In this document: positions 1 through 10,729 of the stretch, piece after piece
How positions within the stretch are numbered: the stretch's first letter is position 1
How the letters are laid out: each line of letters begins with the position of its first letter
Assembly: GCF_026210795.1 (NCBI RefSeq)
Contig: NC_089429.1
Location: 4,464,001 to 4,528,000 of the forward strand
DNA from: Rhizophagus irregularis
Taxonomy: Eukaryota
Length of the DNA stretch: 64,000 bases
Reading direction: 5' to 3'
Program-made: the position numbers and the translations under genes
Notes under the pieces: generated by a model
The model's input: the letters and a program-made list of their open reading frames with translations, nothing else
Database searches by the model: none
What the model was told of the DNA's origin: nothing

Positions 1-1180
1 AGAAAATTTTTCTTTCAATTTCTTGATCAATCGTTGGTTACCGATTTTTGGATGAAGAGACAGTCTACTTTTACATGTGACTTATCTGTAACTTTTCTTA
101 TTCAATGAAAGATTATTAGTATTTATTACATTATTGATATACCGTGCACATTTAAAGGAGATTTAGTATGTCTTAAACAATTACAACACATATTTATTAA
201 TGCTTGCTCTTGGCCAGATATAGTTAACCTATAAACCGTTTCTCCTCCACATAGAGGTGGCGAAATTATTTTTAAAATAAACTTTCTCATCTTACCCATA
301 TTATCATATTTATTATTTTGAACTATGGGACTAAGGACCAAGGATTAAACACAGGTTTCTCTACCCAATTTTAAATTTTATATTCATTCAAGTATGATTT
401 GATGTGTGGAGAGTTGGCTGTACCTTACCTTTGTTTTACTTGACGAAATATAATAGAAGAGGAGAGAAAAAGATAAAAGTAAATCTTTTTTATTAATTCA
501 TGAGTTATTTAAATATTGAAGTAACTATCGATACTCATTGATTATTAGTCAGCAGGTTGAAGATCAATGTGCTGACCCGTTTCTTTGCTATTATTTATTA
601 TGTCCGATCATTATTAAAATTATAATAATTAATTGCAAAATGTTTGGCATAAAATAATTTCAGCTAAACTAGCTAAACTGATTTTTGATGCATAAACAAT
701 CACACGTCCAAAAATAGTGCTAAATATTCATTGATTCATGCGAAGGAAATCACATGACATAATCCTGATACTTTTTTTCGGTTACTATACAAAAATGTTT
801 AATGGTTTAAAGAATTTATTTCATAATCAGAGAAATTGTTATACATACAAGTTAAAATTTATTTGATGGGAAATCGAATTGTGGAAATTTCGTGTATTAT
901 TACAAATTAATAAAAAATTACAGTCTGTTCAATGAAGCATACGAACTTCTGTTTATAAATTATTATCTATAGAACTAAGAGCGCTCTACCTAAAGCATGG
1001 CTTCTTATATAATATAGTATTAACAAAAAAAATATATATATATAAATTTGAAGTTAGGAATCAAGAAATTTAATTTATATTCAATAAATTTATTTCAAAA
1101 TAAATAAATAAATATAATTAGACATACAAAATATATATACATAAAAATTCATAAAATTTTTTACTAAAAATATCTTCTTT

Positions 1181-2590
1181 TTAACGAGGCTGAATTCGAA
1201 TTCGGCCAGGATAACATAATGATGCAACCGGATAAAGCTTCGATGGTAAATTATTCCACGCTGATATTTCTGGATATTTTGTACCTTTAACTGTAAAAGA
1301 ACAAGTTCTTTTATTCATATCTATATGTACTGTAATTTTTGCTCCATCTCCGAATGATTGACAATAATTATTGTATACTCTATTTCCTGAATAGCACCTA
1401 CCATTGGAACCTAATACCCATCCAGTAGGTTGGTCACCTGCCCAGGTTTCATAATTGAAATTTTCTGATGCACATACTCCAACCCAAGAAGCACTACAAT
1501 CTTTCTCAATAATAACATCCCATTCAAAAATACCTTCATTTTCAAGTATCATTTTAGCTCTGATATTTTGCCGTACACGAAGATCGTTTGTGGCGCGTAC
1601 AACTTTTCCATTATCCTCAATAATAAGTTTTGACCCACGTGCTGATTCATCCCAAACATAATTGGATTCAGCAAAATCAATTGGTTTTTGTGGTTTTCCT
1701 CGAATTCCATTTGAATCAGAGTCATTTGATAATGCTTTACGTCGATAAACACTTACAATTATTTCAGATGGGATAATTTCCAATGGTTCAATGATTTCAA
1801 TTAATATTCGAGCCTTAATTTGATTGAATTCAATAAATTTAATCAAAGGCTCCAATCTTTTAGCAACTTTTTGACGATCAGTAAATTCATTTTCTAACTT
1901 GATTGAATTTGTGTTTTCCAATTGTTCTAATGTTGGTAATTGTCTCATAAGAATTTTATGTGCATCATTAGAAACTTGTTTTGCTACAAGAATAGCGCTA
2001 TATCGAAAAACTTCATATTCCGGGGTTGCAAATGGTTTTTCTTTTTCATATGTACAGGATAAAAGACATTGAAGTCCCGTAATAGACAATCGACCAAATT
2101 CAATATTATTTAATGAAATATTTGCTACTGTTTCAACTAATAAATTAAGAAGAATGTTATCTTCTGTTAATGGTATTTTTCCCGAAACTTTAGATAGTAA
2201 TTCCGGTGAATAATTTTTTGCAAAATTAGTATTCTTAAGTGTTTTCATAATAAAATCCTGAAGGTCTGGTAATTGAAAATAGTCTGCAGCGTAAAAAGCT
2301 TCAATCGTATTATCTATTGTTAAAGATTCTTCTTTTATTGATCCGGTATAAGTATATTCTAATATAATTTCCATTCCAGCGGAATTAATCTTTGGAAAAG
2401 AAATTTGCTTTTCATAACTTTCTTTCATTCCATTATAAAGTAATCTATCAAATACTTCGGACCTTGCAGCTAAAATTGCTCTACAACCATATAATTTCTT
2501 TTCATCCTCACATACAATTTCTAAATCACTGTATTTTGGATTATTTATTAATAATCTTAAATCTTGTTCTAACGAATATCCTCTCGTCAT
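1181..2590 (-). CDS. BTB/POZ-SPRY (B30.2/ConA-like) protein, single exon, 469 aa
   Basis: N-terminal BTB (YSDLEIVCEDEKKLYGCRAILAARSEVF...ILEYTYTG...AADYFQL); C-terminal SPRY (GIFEWDVII, WVGVC, FGDGAKITVHIDMNKRTCSFTV, LYPVASL); uninterrupted ORF. Confidence 0.93.
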   Translation of the reverse strand: MTRGYSLEQDLRLLINNPKYSDLEIVCEDEKKLYGCRAILAARSEVFDRLLYNGMKESYEKQISFPKINSAGMEIILEYTYTGSIKEESLTIDNTIEAFYAADYFQLPDLQDFIMKTLKNTNFAKNYSPELLSKVSGKIPLTEDNILLNLLVETVANISLNNIEFGRLSITGLQCLLSCTYEKEKPFATPEYEVFRYSAILVAKQVSNDAHKILMRQLPTLEQLENTNSIKLENEFTDRQKVAKRLEPLIKFIEFNQIKARILIEIIEPLEIIPSEIIVSVYRRKALSNDSDSNGIRGKPQKPIDFAESNYVWDESARGSKLIIEDNGKVVRATNDLRVRQNIRAKMILENEGIFEWDVIIEKDCSASWVGVCASENFNYETWAGDQPTGWVLGSNGRCYSGNRVYNNYCQSFGDGAKITVHIDMNKRTCSFTVKGTKYPEISAWNNLPSKLYPVASLCYPGRIRIQPR

Positions 2591-3124
2591 TTTTTTTTAA
2601 AAAAAAAAATTTTTTCTTTTTGCCAGCCGATGATTCATTCTATTTTTGAACTATAACCTTAATATTTGTACTATGTTGTACTAATCGGAAAATCATTTGT
2701 CCGAAATACTTTAGCTGCGCCTTCACGTTACTCATTAAATAAATCACAACATATTTCTCATACAATGCAATAAAAAAATACTTATATATATTTCCCTTTT
2801 TCAATTTATCTGCTGTTTATAATTAATTATTCTTATCATTGAAAATTGCAGCAGGAGCGATATTATTGTATTTACAATGTATTTTTCCGAAAGGATATTT
2901 TTTTTTAATCATACGTTTTAATAGTTAAATCCATATATTAAATTAATTGGTATTCTTTTTTGTACCAATAGCAAATAATATTATTTCAATATCACATAAT
3001 ATTAATATAATTTATGTGACGAAAATTTAATAAATTATTTTTTTTATTAAAAAAAGCGAAAAAAAAATTATAGAGCGTATAAAAAAAAGTTAAGTCACAA
3101 AATTTTTACTTAAAATATCTTTTT

Positions 3125-4537
3125 TTAATGAGATTGAATTCGAAAACGACCAGGAGAAGCTAATGATACTACTGGATAAAGCTTTGATGGTAAGTTATCC
3201 CATAATGATACCTTAGGATATTTTGTACCATTAACTGTAAAAGCACAAGTCCTATTGTCCATGTCTAGATGTACTGTAATTTTTGCTCCATCTCCAAATC
3301 TAGAACAATAATTTCCTATTCTTTTTCCTGAATTACAATAACTACCATCTGAACCCAATACCCAACCAGTAGGTTGATTTCCTGCAAAGTATTCATAACT
3401 AAAATTTTCTGATGCACATACTCCAACCCAAGAAGCACTACAATCTTTCTCAATAATAACATCCCATTCAAAAATACCATTATTTTCAAATAACATTTTA
3501 GCTCTGACATTTTGACATATATAAAGATCGTCTGTGGCACGCACAACTTTTCCTTTATCATCAATGATGAGTTTTGGTCCACATACTGACTCATCCCAAA
3601 CATAATCGGATTCAACAAAATCGATTGATTTTTGGGGCCTTCCACGAATTCCATTTGAAATTAAATCATTTGATAATGCTCTACGTCGATAAACACTTAC
3701 AATTATTTCAGGTGGAATAATTCCTAACGGCTCAATGATTTCAACTAATATTCGGGCCTTAATTTGGTTAAAGTCAATAAATTTAGTTAAAGGTTCCAAT
3801 TTTTTAGCAACTTTTTGATGATCAGTAAATTTATTTTCTACTTTTATCATTTCAGTTTCATTTTCTAATTGTTCTAATGTTGGTAATTGTCTCATGAGAA
3901 GTTTATGTGCATCATTAGAAACTTGTTTTGCTGCAAGAATAGCGCTATATCGAAAAACCTCATATTCTGGGGTTGCAAATGGGGTTTCTTTTTCATATGT
4001 ACAGGATAAAAGACATTGAAGACCTGCAATAGATAATCGACCAAATTCAATATCATTTAATGGTTTAACTGCTACTGCTTCAACCAATAAATTTAGAAAA
4101 TTATTATCTTCTGTTAATGGCATTTTTTCCGAAATTTTAGATAATAATTCTGGTGAATAATTTTTTGCAAAATTAGTATTCTTAACTGTTTTCATGATAA
4201 AATCCTGAAGGTCTGGTAATTGAAAATAGTCGGCAGCGTAAAAAGCTTCAACAGTATTATCTTTTGTTAAAGATTCTTCTTTTATTGAACCAGTATAAGT
4301 ATATTCTAATATAATTTCCATTCCAGCGGAATTAATTTTTGGTAAAGAAATTTGTTTTTCATAACTTTCTTTCATTCCATTATAAAGTAATCTATCAAAT
4401 ACTTCGGACCTTGCGGCCAAAATTGCTCTACAACCATATAATTTCTTTTCATCTTCACATAAAATTTCTATATCGCTATATTTTGGATTATTTATTAATA
4501 ATTTTAAATCCTGTTCTAACGAATATCCTCTGGTCAT
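3125..4537 (-). CDS. BTB/POZ-SPRY protein, single exon, 470 aa; tandem paralogue of 1181-2590
   Basis: Same BTB and SPRY motifs; upstream DNA (4600-4750) is also homologous to that of 1181-2590. Confidence 0.93.
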   Translation of the reverse strand: MTRGYSLEQDLKLLINNPKYSDIEILCEDEKKLYGCRAILAARSEVFDRLLYNGMKESYEKQISLPKINSAGMEIILEYTYTGSIKEESLTKDNTVEAFYAADYFQLPDLQDFIMKTVKNTNFAKNYSPELLSKISEKMPLTEDNNFLNLLVEAVAVKPLNDIEFGRLSIAGLQCLLSCTYEKETPFATPEYEVFRYSAILAAKQVSNDAHKLLMRQLPTLEQLENETEMIKVENKFTDHQKVAKKLEPLTKFIDFNQIKARILVEIIEPLGIIPPEIIVSVYRRRALSNDLISNGIRGRPQKSIDFVESDYVWDESVCGPKLIIDDKGKVVRATDDLYICQNVRAKMLFENNGIFEWDVIIEKDCSASWVGVCASENFSYEYFAGNQPTGWVLGSDGSYCNSGKRIGNYCSRFGDGAKITVHLDMDNRTCAFTVNGTKYPKVSLWDNLPSKLYPVVSLASPGRFRIQSH

Positions 4538-4748
4538 TTTTAAAAAAAAAAATTTTTTTTTTTTTGAAACAGAAGTTTCCTATTTTTGTACTATAATTAT
4601 AATATTTATTATGTATCACAAATTAGATTTGCACTATGTTGTACTAACCGGAAAATCCTTATATCCCGATACACTATTAGCTGCGCCTTTATGTTTTATA
4701 TACTCCTTCATTAAATAAATCAACATTTCTTACAATGCAATCATATAT

Positions 4749-4873
4749 ACTTATTGTGTAGTATTTAGGCAATAACGTGCTGTTTTCGATTGAGGCCATT
4801 TGACAGGGTACAATCTGGGCGCCAAATTGCTGAAATCGAAACAGCAGAGTCTTGAGAGATCTATACAATAAGT
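4749..4873. mobile_element. Small MITE-like insertion
   Basis: Near-perfect inverted ends acttattgtgtag / ctatacaataagt; lies within a ~0.4 kb block absent from the paralogous upstream region near 2770. Confidence 0.4.
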
Positions 4874-5669
4874 GTTTTATTATATAGACTCAAAGATCAC
4901 ACTATTAAATCGGTCACGAGTTTATCATAGTCTATTTAAGGTTTTATGTAATGATTTATAATGTAACAAAGCAGTATTCATTTATTATATATATCATCAA
5001 TAAATTTATTCAACAGATTCAACAGATGTAAAAAAAGTACAGTGTGATCCTATAAGGATATATTATTGTTTACGTGGCCAAATCTTTACCAATCATCTGC
5101 TATCATTGGTTAATAATCGTGATATTTATCAACGCAAAGCACAATAACTTATAATAATAAAGATATTTATATACCGTATATATTTTCCTTTTTTAGATGA
5201 TTACTAATTTATACTTTGTTTACATATGATTAAATATTCTTATTATTGGAAATTGCAGGTGCAATATTTATTATCTTTACAATTTTTTTTAAAAAAATGT
5301 ATAGGCGCGCAAAAGGTTTTTGATTTTTCCGAAAAGATTTTTTTTTTCGTATGTTTTAATAGTACTTTTTTTTATCATAGTAAATAAATTATTAATAAAT
5401 AAATTAAAGCTTATCATTTTTACCATTTTGTTACGTACATGATCGTCATTTTTTTTGAAAAGAATCACGTTTTTTTTTAATTTTCTTAATAGCTAAATCC
5501 ATATTTATGCGTTTATTAGGTTAATTTTTTCAACAACCAGAATTACCCAATAGAAAATAATATTAAATCATAATTTAACAAATTATTTCTTTATTTTTTA
5601 TTAAAAAAAAAAATATATATAAATGTATATAGCGTATAAAAATGTTCAAGTTATTAAATTTGTACTATT

Positions 5670-5830
5670 TTTTGATGAGGTTGAAATTCGAATACGGCCA
5701 GGAGGTGTAATAATACTACAGGAGAAGCTCTTGAAGTTAATTGTTCCAACCTTATATTTCTGTTGACTGTAAAAAGTACATGTTCTTTTATTCATTTCTA
5801 AATGAACAGTAATTCCTACACCATCTCGCT
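5670..5830 (-). pseudogene. SPRY C-terminal relic of a BTB-SPRY gene
   Basis: DGVGITVHLEMNKRTCTF...PPGRIRI with frameshifts; no BTB part upstream. Confidence 0.8.
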
Positions 5831-6867
5831 CCAAACGAGGGATAATAATTACATGTCCGATTACCAAATTCACAGCAAGAACCCAGAACCAATACTCACT
5901 GAGACTGAAAAATATATCATCAAAATGTAAATAAATTAAATCTTCAAATGAAGATAATGGATTAGTTAAAATCATTCTTAAAAAATATATAAGAAACCAG
6001 TATGGTGACTACCTATTTTCTGGTCAGAAATCAAAGAAATAATAAAAATAGCAAAAAGAGAAGCCCAAGAAAAATATGATATAACGAGAAAAAAAGAAAA
6101 AACTGAAAAAACTGTAATAATAATCAAAGAGTAGGAAACTAAATAACTTCATGTTATATGGTATCCCCGACAGCACAGAATAATAAGAATGAAGACAACA
6201 ATAAAGAAACAGTAACCAAATTATCTATCTTTAATGAAAATGATTTGATTAAAGTATATAACGATCATTTGTTATAATTCTAGAAATTTTCACTGCTTAC
6301 TATTTGCTATTGACGTTATTCCGAATTCAGCCTTATCAAAAGAATTAAAGAATGACGTCAAAATTAAATATTAACTATTTTAATTTATTGTTATAAATGA
6401 TACTCACTAATAGTGTATTTCGTTACGAGTAAAAAGTTACATTATATACGAGTCAAAATATAGTTGTGGGTTTTCCAGAAAACAGCCTAATTTTTTCGTA
6501 AATTAACTATAAAAAGTATTTGAACGTTTATAAAATATAATATTTTAAACTATGTAGTATAAATATTTATTTTAGAAACCGCTCGTCTTGTTATTTATTA
6601 TCGAATTCATTACTTAGCTTAAACATCATATTTCTTTAATTCTTTAGTAGTACACTGTACACGTAAAACCAAATATTGTTGATCATGAAGGCGCAGGTAA
6701 ATAGTTCAGATCGTCAGATGATCCTCCTTGTACGACATAGTACAAAATTTAAATTACTCACACAAAAACACAAACACACCATATAAACAAAACAAGGCTT
6801 AAAATATAATCATTTTAAAAATATTCCCTTTTTTTTTAAAAAAAAAAAAAAATTGTATTTTTAAGAA

Positions 6868-8286
6868 ATGTCGAGAGGATATTCGTTAGAACAAGATCTA
6901 AAATTATTAATAAATAATCCTAAATATAGCGATATAGAAATTTTATGTGAAGATGAAAAGAAATTATATGGTTGTAGAGCAATTTTGGCCGCAAGGTCCG
7001 AAGTATTTGATAGATTACTTTATAACGGAATGAAGGAAAGTTATGAAAATCAAATTTCTTTACCAAAAATTAATTCTGCTGCAATGGAAATTATATTAGA
7101 ATATACTTATACGGGATCAATTAAAGAAGAATCTTTAACAAAAGATAATACAATTGAAGCTTTTTACGCTGCTGACTATTTTCAATTACCAGACCTTCAG
7201 CATTTTATCATGAAAACCTTCAAAAATACTTTAGAAAAAGATTATTATGAAAATTATTCACCAGAATTATTGTCTAAATTTGCGGGAAAAATGCCATTAA
7301 CGGAAGATAATATTTTATTAAATTTATTGGTTGAGGCGGTAGCGAATATTCCATTAAATACTATTGAATTTGGTCGTTTATCCATTGAAGGTCTTCGATA
7401 TCTTTTATATTGTACACATGAAAAAGAAGCCCCTTTTTCAACTACAGAATATGAAGTTTTTCGATATAGTGCTATTCTTGCAGCAAAACAAGTTTCTAAT
7501 GGTGCATATAAAACTCTTATTGAAAGGTTACCAACCTTGGAACAAATTGAACAATTAGGAAATTCAATACAAGTACAAAATAAGTTTATTACTGATCACC
7601 AAAAAGTTGCTAAAGAATTGGAACCTTTGGTTCAATTAACTGATTTTAGGCGAATTAATGGTCGAATATTAGTTAATATCATTGAACCGTTAGGAATTGC
7701 TCCGAATGAAATAATTTTGGATGTTTATCGATATAATACATTGTCAAATAATTCAATTTTAAATAGTACTAGAGGAATACCAAAAATGATATATGTCTGG
7801 GATGAATCATCATGTGGATCAAAACTTATTATTGAGGATAATGGAAAAGTTGTACATGCACCAAGTAATCTTAATTCACTCCAAAGTGTAAGAGCTAAAA
7901 TGGTATTAGAAAATAAAGGTATTTTTGAATGGGATGTTATTATTGAGAAAGATTGTAGTTCTGCTTGGGTTGGAGTATGCTCGTCAGAAAATTTTAATTA
8001 TGAAACCTTTGCAGGTTATCAATTAACTGGATGGGTATTTGGTTCTAGTAGTGGTTATTGTTATAATTCTGGAGATTGTATAAACAATTATTGTCCATCA
8101 TTTGGTGATGGCACAAAAGTTACTGTCCATTTAGATATGAATAAAAGAACATGTTCTTTCACAGTCAATGGTACAAAATATCCAAAAGTGTCATCATGGA
8201 ATAATTTACCATCTAAGCTTTATCCGGTAGTATCATTACGTTATCCTGGTCGAATTCGAATTCAGGCTCACCAAAGTAATATTTAA
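6868..8286 (+). CDS. BTB/POZ-SPRY protein, single exon, 472 aa
   Basis: Same BTB and SPRY motifs; divergent orientation to the first two copies. Confidence 0.93.
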   Translation: MSRGYSLEQDLKLLINNPKYSDIEILCEDEKKLYGCRAILAARSEVFDRLLYNGMKESYENQISLPKINSAAMEIILEYTYTGSIKEESLTKDNTIEAFYAADYFQLPDLQHFIMKTFKNTLEKDYYENYSPELLSKFAGKMPLTEDNILLNLLVEAVANIPLNTIEFGRLSIEGLRYLLYCTHEKEAPFSTTEYEVFRYSAILAAKQVSNGAYKTLIERLPTLEQIEQLGNSIQVQNKFITDHQKVAKELEPLVQLTDFRRINGRILVNIIEPLGIAPNEIILDVYRYNTLSNNSILNSTRGIPKMIYVWDESSCGSKLIIEDNGKVVHAPSNLNSLQSVRAKMVLENKGIFEWDVIIEKDCSSAWVGVCSSENFNYETFAGYQLTGWVFGSSSGYCYNSGDCINNYCPSFGDGTKVTVHLDMNKRTCSFTVNGTKYPKVSSWNNLPSKLYPVVSLRYPGRIRIQAHQSNI

Positions 8287-9310
8287 TAAATTATTAAATT
8301 ATTGAAGAAAGGAATTTTATTTATTCATTTTATATTAAAAGGTTAAGATTTGGTTCATATTATTCTTTTACGATATAAATTATGTAATATAAAAATAATA
8401 AATTTTTTCATCAATCATTATTTATTTATATTATTTTCACTGTTTTTTTATTTTAAATTATTTCCTAAAAAAAGACTATTTGCTGACTTAACTGAAGCCA
8501 AATGTTAAAATTGTTTTAGCATTTATTATTTTAGTTTTAGATGATTGTTACGATTGTTAAAAGCTATAATAAGTTTAAATAACTTACAGTATGTTTAATT
8601 TAAGTTAAAATTAACTTTTGTACGGACTTTAATAATTTTTTTGTTATCACGATAATTTTTTTGTCAACACTGCGATATCATAACGTTTGCGCTCGGAGAA
8701 AATAGTACGACGGCTTAGGTGGTCGGAGTAAGGAAGGATACGTAAAAATCTTACATCACACAGAGTTACTGCACTTTATTTTTTCTGAAGTAGATCAATC
8801 ACATCAGTCATTCTTACTCATTATCAGTATTTATAAATCATTTATTTCATTTATTTAAAAAGGGGTACGGTCCCTTTATTTACAGAAATATTTTCTACTT
8901 TATCTTTATTTTACAGACATCTTTCAATCCATTTAAACTTTAGATATTATGATAATGTTCAAACTCGCACAAAGTTTACCCAAGATTAGACAGACAATTA
9001 GACCCGTTAGACATTGTATTAGACGACAGTCAACAATTGATGAGGAATAATGGTGTTTAGTAAGTTTGTTAAGGGTATAAATAACGTAATTTTTTACTAT
9101 ATAAGAATTAGATAAATAAACCCATAAATCTGAAAAGCTTCGAAACGTTTTTACGCCTGATGTTTTAAATATTCTTTATGCCGGGTGGCCTAATAGGATT
9201 TGTCGCTAGTGCTACGTATGTCATATAATTTCACTAATTTTAAAATATAAGTTACGAGAAAAATATTACTTCTTTTGGAAATTGAATATTATTTTACATT
9301 AATAAATAAC

Positions 9311-10726
9311 TAGTGTACTTTTGGATATAGTGAGTGAGTTTATTTTTGAAAGTATACTAATAAATTTATAAAAGATTTTTTTATAACAATAGATTGTGTT
9401 AGTGAGATTTATAAAAAAATTTTCTATGATTTTTTTTTAATAACAATATATTGGTAATAGACAATTAACTTATTAACTGAAGTTAATAATTGTTTTTAGT
9501 AAGATTTTTTTTATAGTTCACAGTAACACTAATATTACTGATAAGTAGTATAAATAAAACAATAGATAACATTTAATAAGGTTAATAAAAAAATTTTCCA
9601 AGATTTTTTTAATGGTATAGTACAATAGATAGATATTTCTGAGATTTATATTAATAACAATAGGTATGCTAAATTTTTGGTGATTATTTTTTTTTAATAA
9701 CAATAATAGATTGGTATCATAGTACAATGGATGGTATAGTACAATGGATTGATTTAATAAAATTTTTTGTGTTTTTTTTTAATAACAATAGATTGGTAAT
9801 AGACAATAAAAAATGTTGCAAAAACATTAAAAACTGAACTGATAATGAATTGGCAAATCAGATTGGTTTTCAATAATTACTAGTCGCAGTAATAATTGTC
9901 TATCACCAATCTATTGTTATTAAAAAAAAGTCACCAAAAATTTTATCATACCTATTGTTATTAAAATAAATCCCAAGAAATTTTATACCTAGTATCTTTT
10001 GTACTAAACCAATTAATTTGTCATAAAAAATTCCAGAAACTGATCTATTGTATTAATAAAAAACCTTAGAAAATTCTTTATATCTATCCATTATAAGTTA
10101 TAACATACCAATCTGTTGTTATCAAAAAATTTTTTATATTGATCTAATGACTCTATTGTTAAAAAAAAGTTCAGAAAGTATATTTATATCAATCTATTAT
10201 TAAAAAAAAAAATTCAGAAAATTTTTTTATATCTATTCATTGTACCAATCTATTGTTAAAAAAATCTCAAATTTTTTTTATATATCTTAATCTATTTTAT
10301 AAAAGTTTATTAAGTTATCTATTACCTATTAGTAGTATTAGTATTACTGGAAAAAATTTTACAAAAAAACAATTATTAACTTAATAAGTTAATAATTGTT
10401 ATTAGTTATTAAAAAAATCACAAAAAACTTATTAAATAAATCTATTGTACTATGATACCAATCTATTGTTTAATATTAAAAAAAAAATCACCAAAAATTT
10501 AGCATACCTATTGTTATTAATATTAATCCCAGAAAATTTTATTATATCTATCTATTGTACTATACCATTATATTATTAAAAAAAAAAATCCTAGAAAATT
10601 TTTTTATACCAAACTATTATTAAAAAAAGTCTCATTAAATTTTTTTATAAATCTCACTAAACACAATCTATTGTTATAAAAAAATCTTTTATTAATTTAT
10701 TAGTATACTTTTACAAAAGTACACTA
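9311..10726. mobile_element. Non-autonomous fold-back/MITE-like element with long imperfect inverted arms
   Basis: Ends tagtgtactttt (9311) and aaaagtacacta (10726); 9350-9420 is the reverse complement of about 10640-10712; internal subrepeats caatagat/atctattg; TA at both ends. Confidence 0.7.
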
Positions 10727-10729
10727 TTT

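Noticed and set aside
1455..4596. Short ORFs overlapping BTB-SPRY genes (also 7364-7558, 41728-42475, 56320-56526)
   Set aside because: Antisense or alternate-frame shadows that recur only because the host genes are paralogous.
9178..9212. Second Helitron 3' end (gccgggtggc...ctagt)
   Set aside because: The stems are only 3-4 bp and there is no supporting 5' end.
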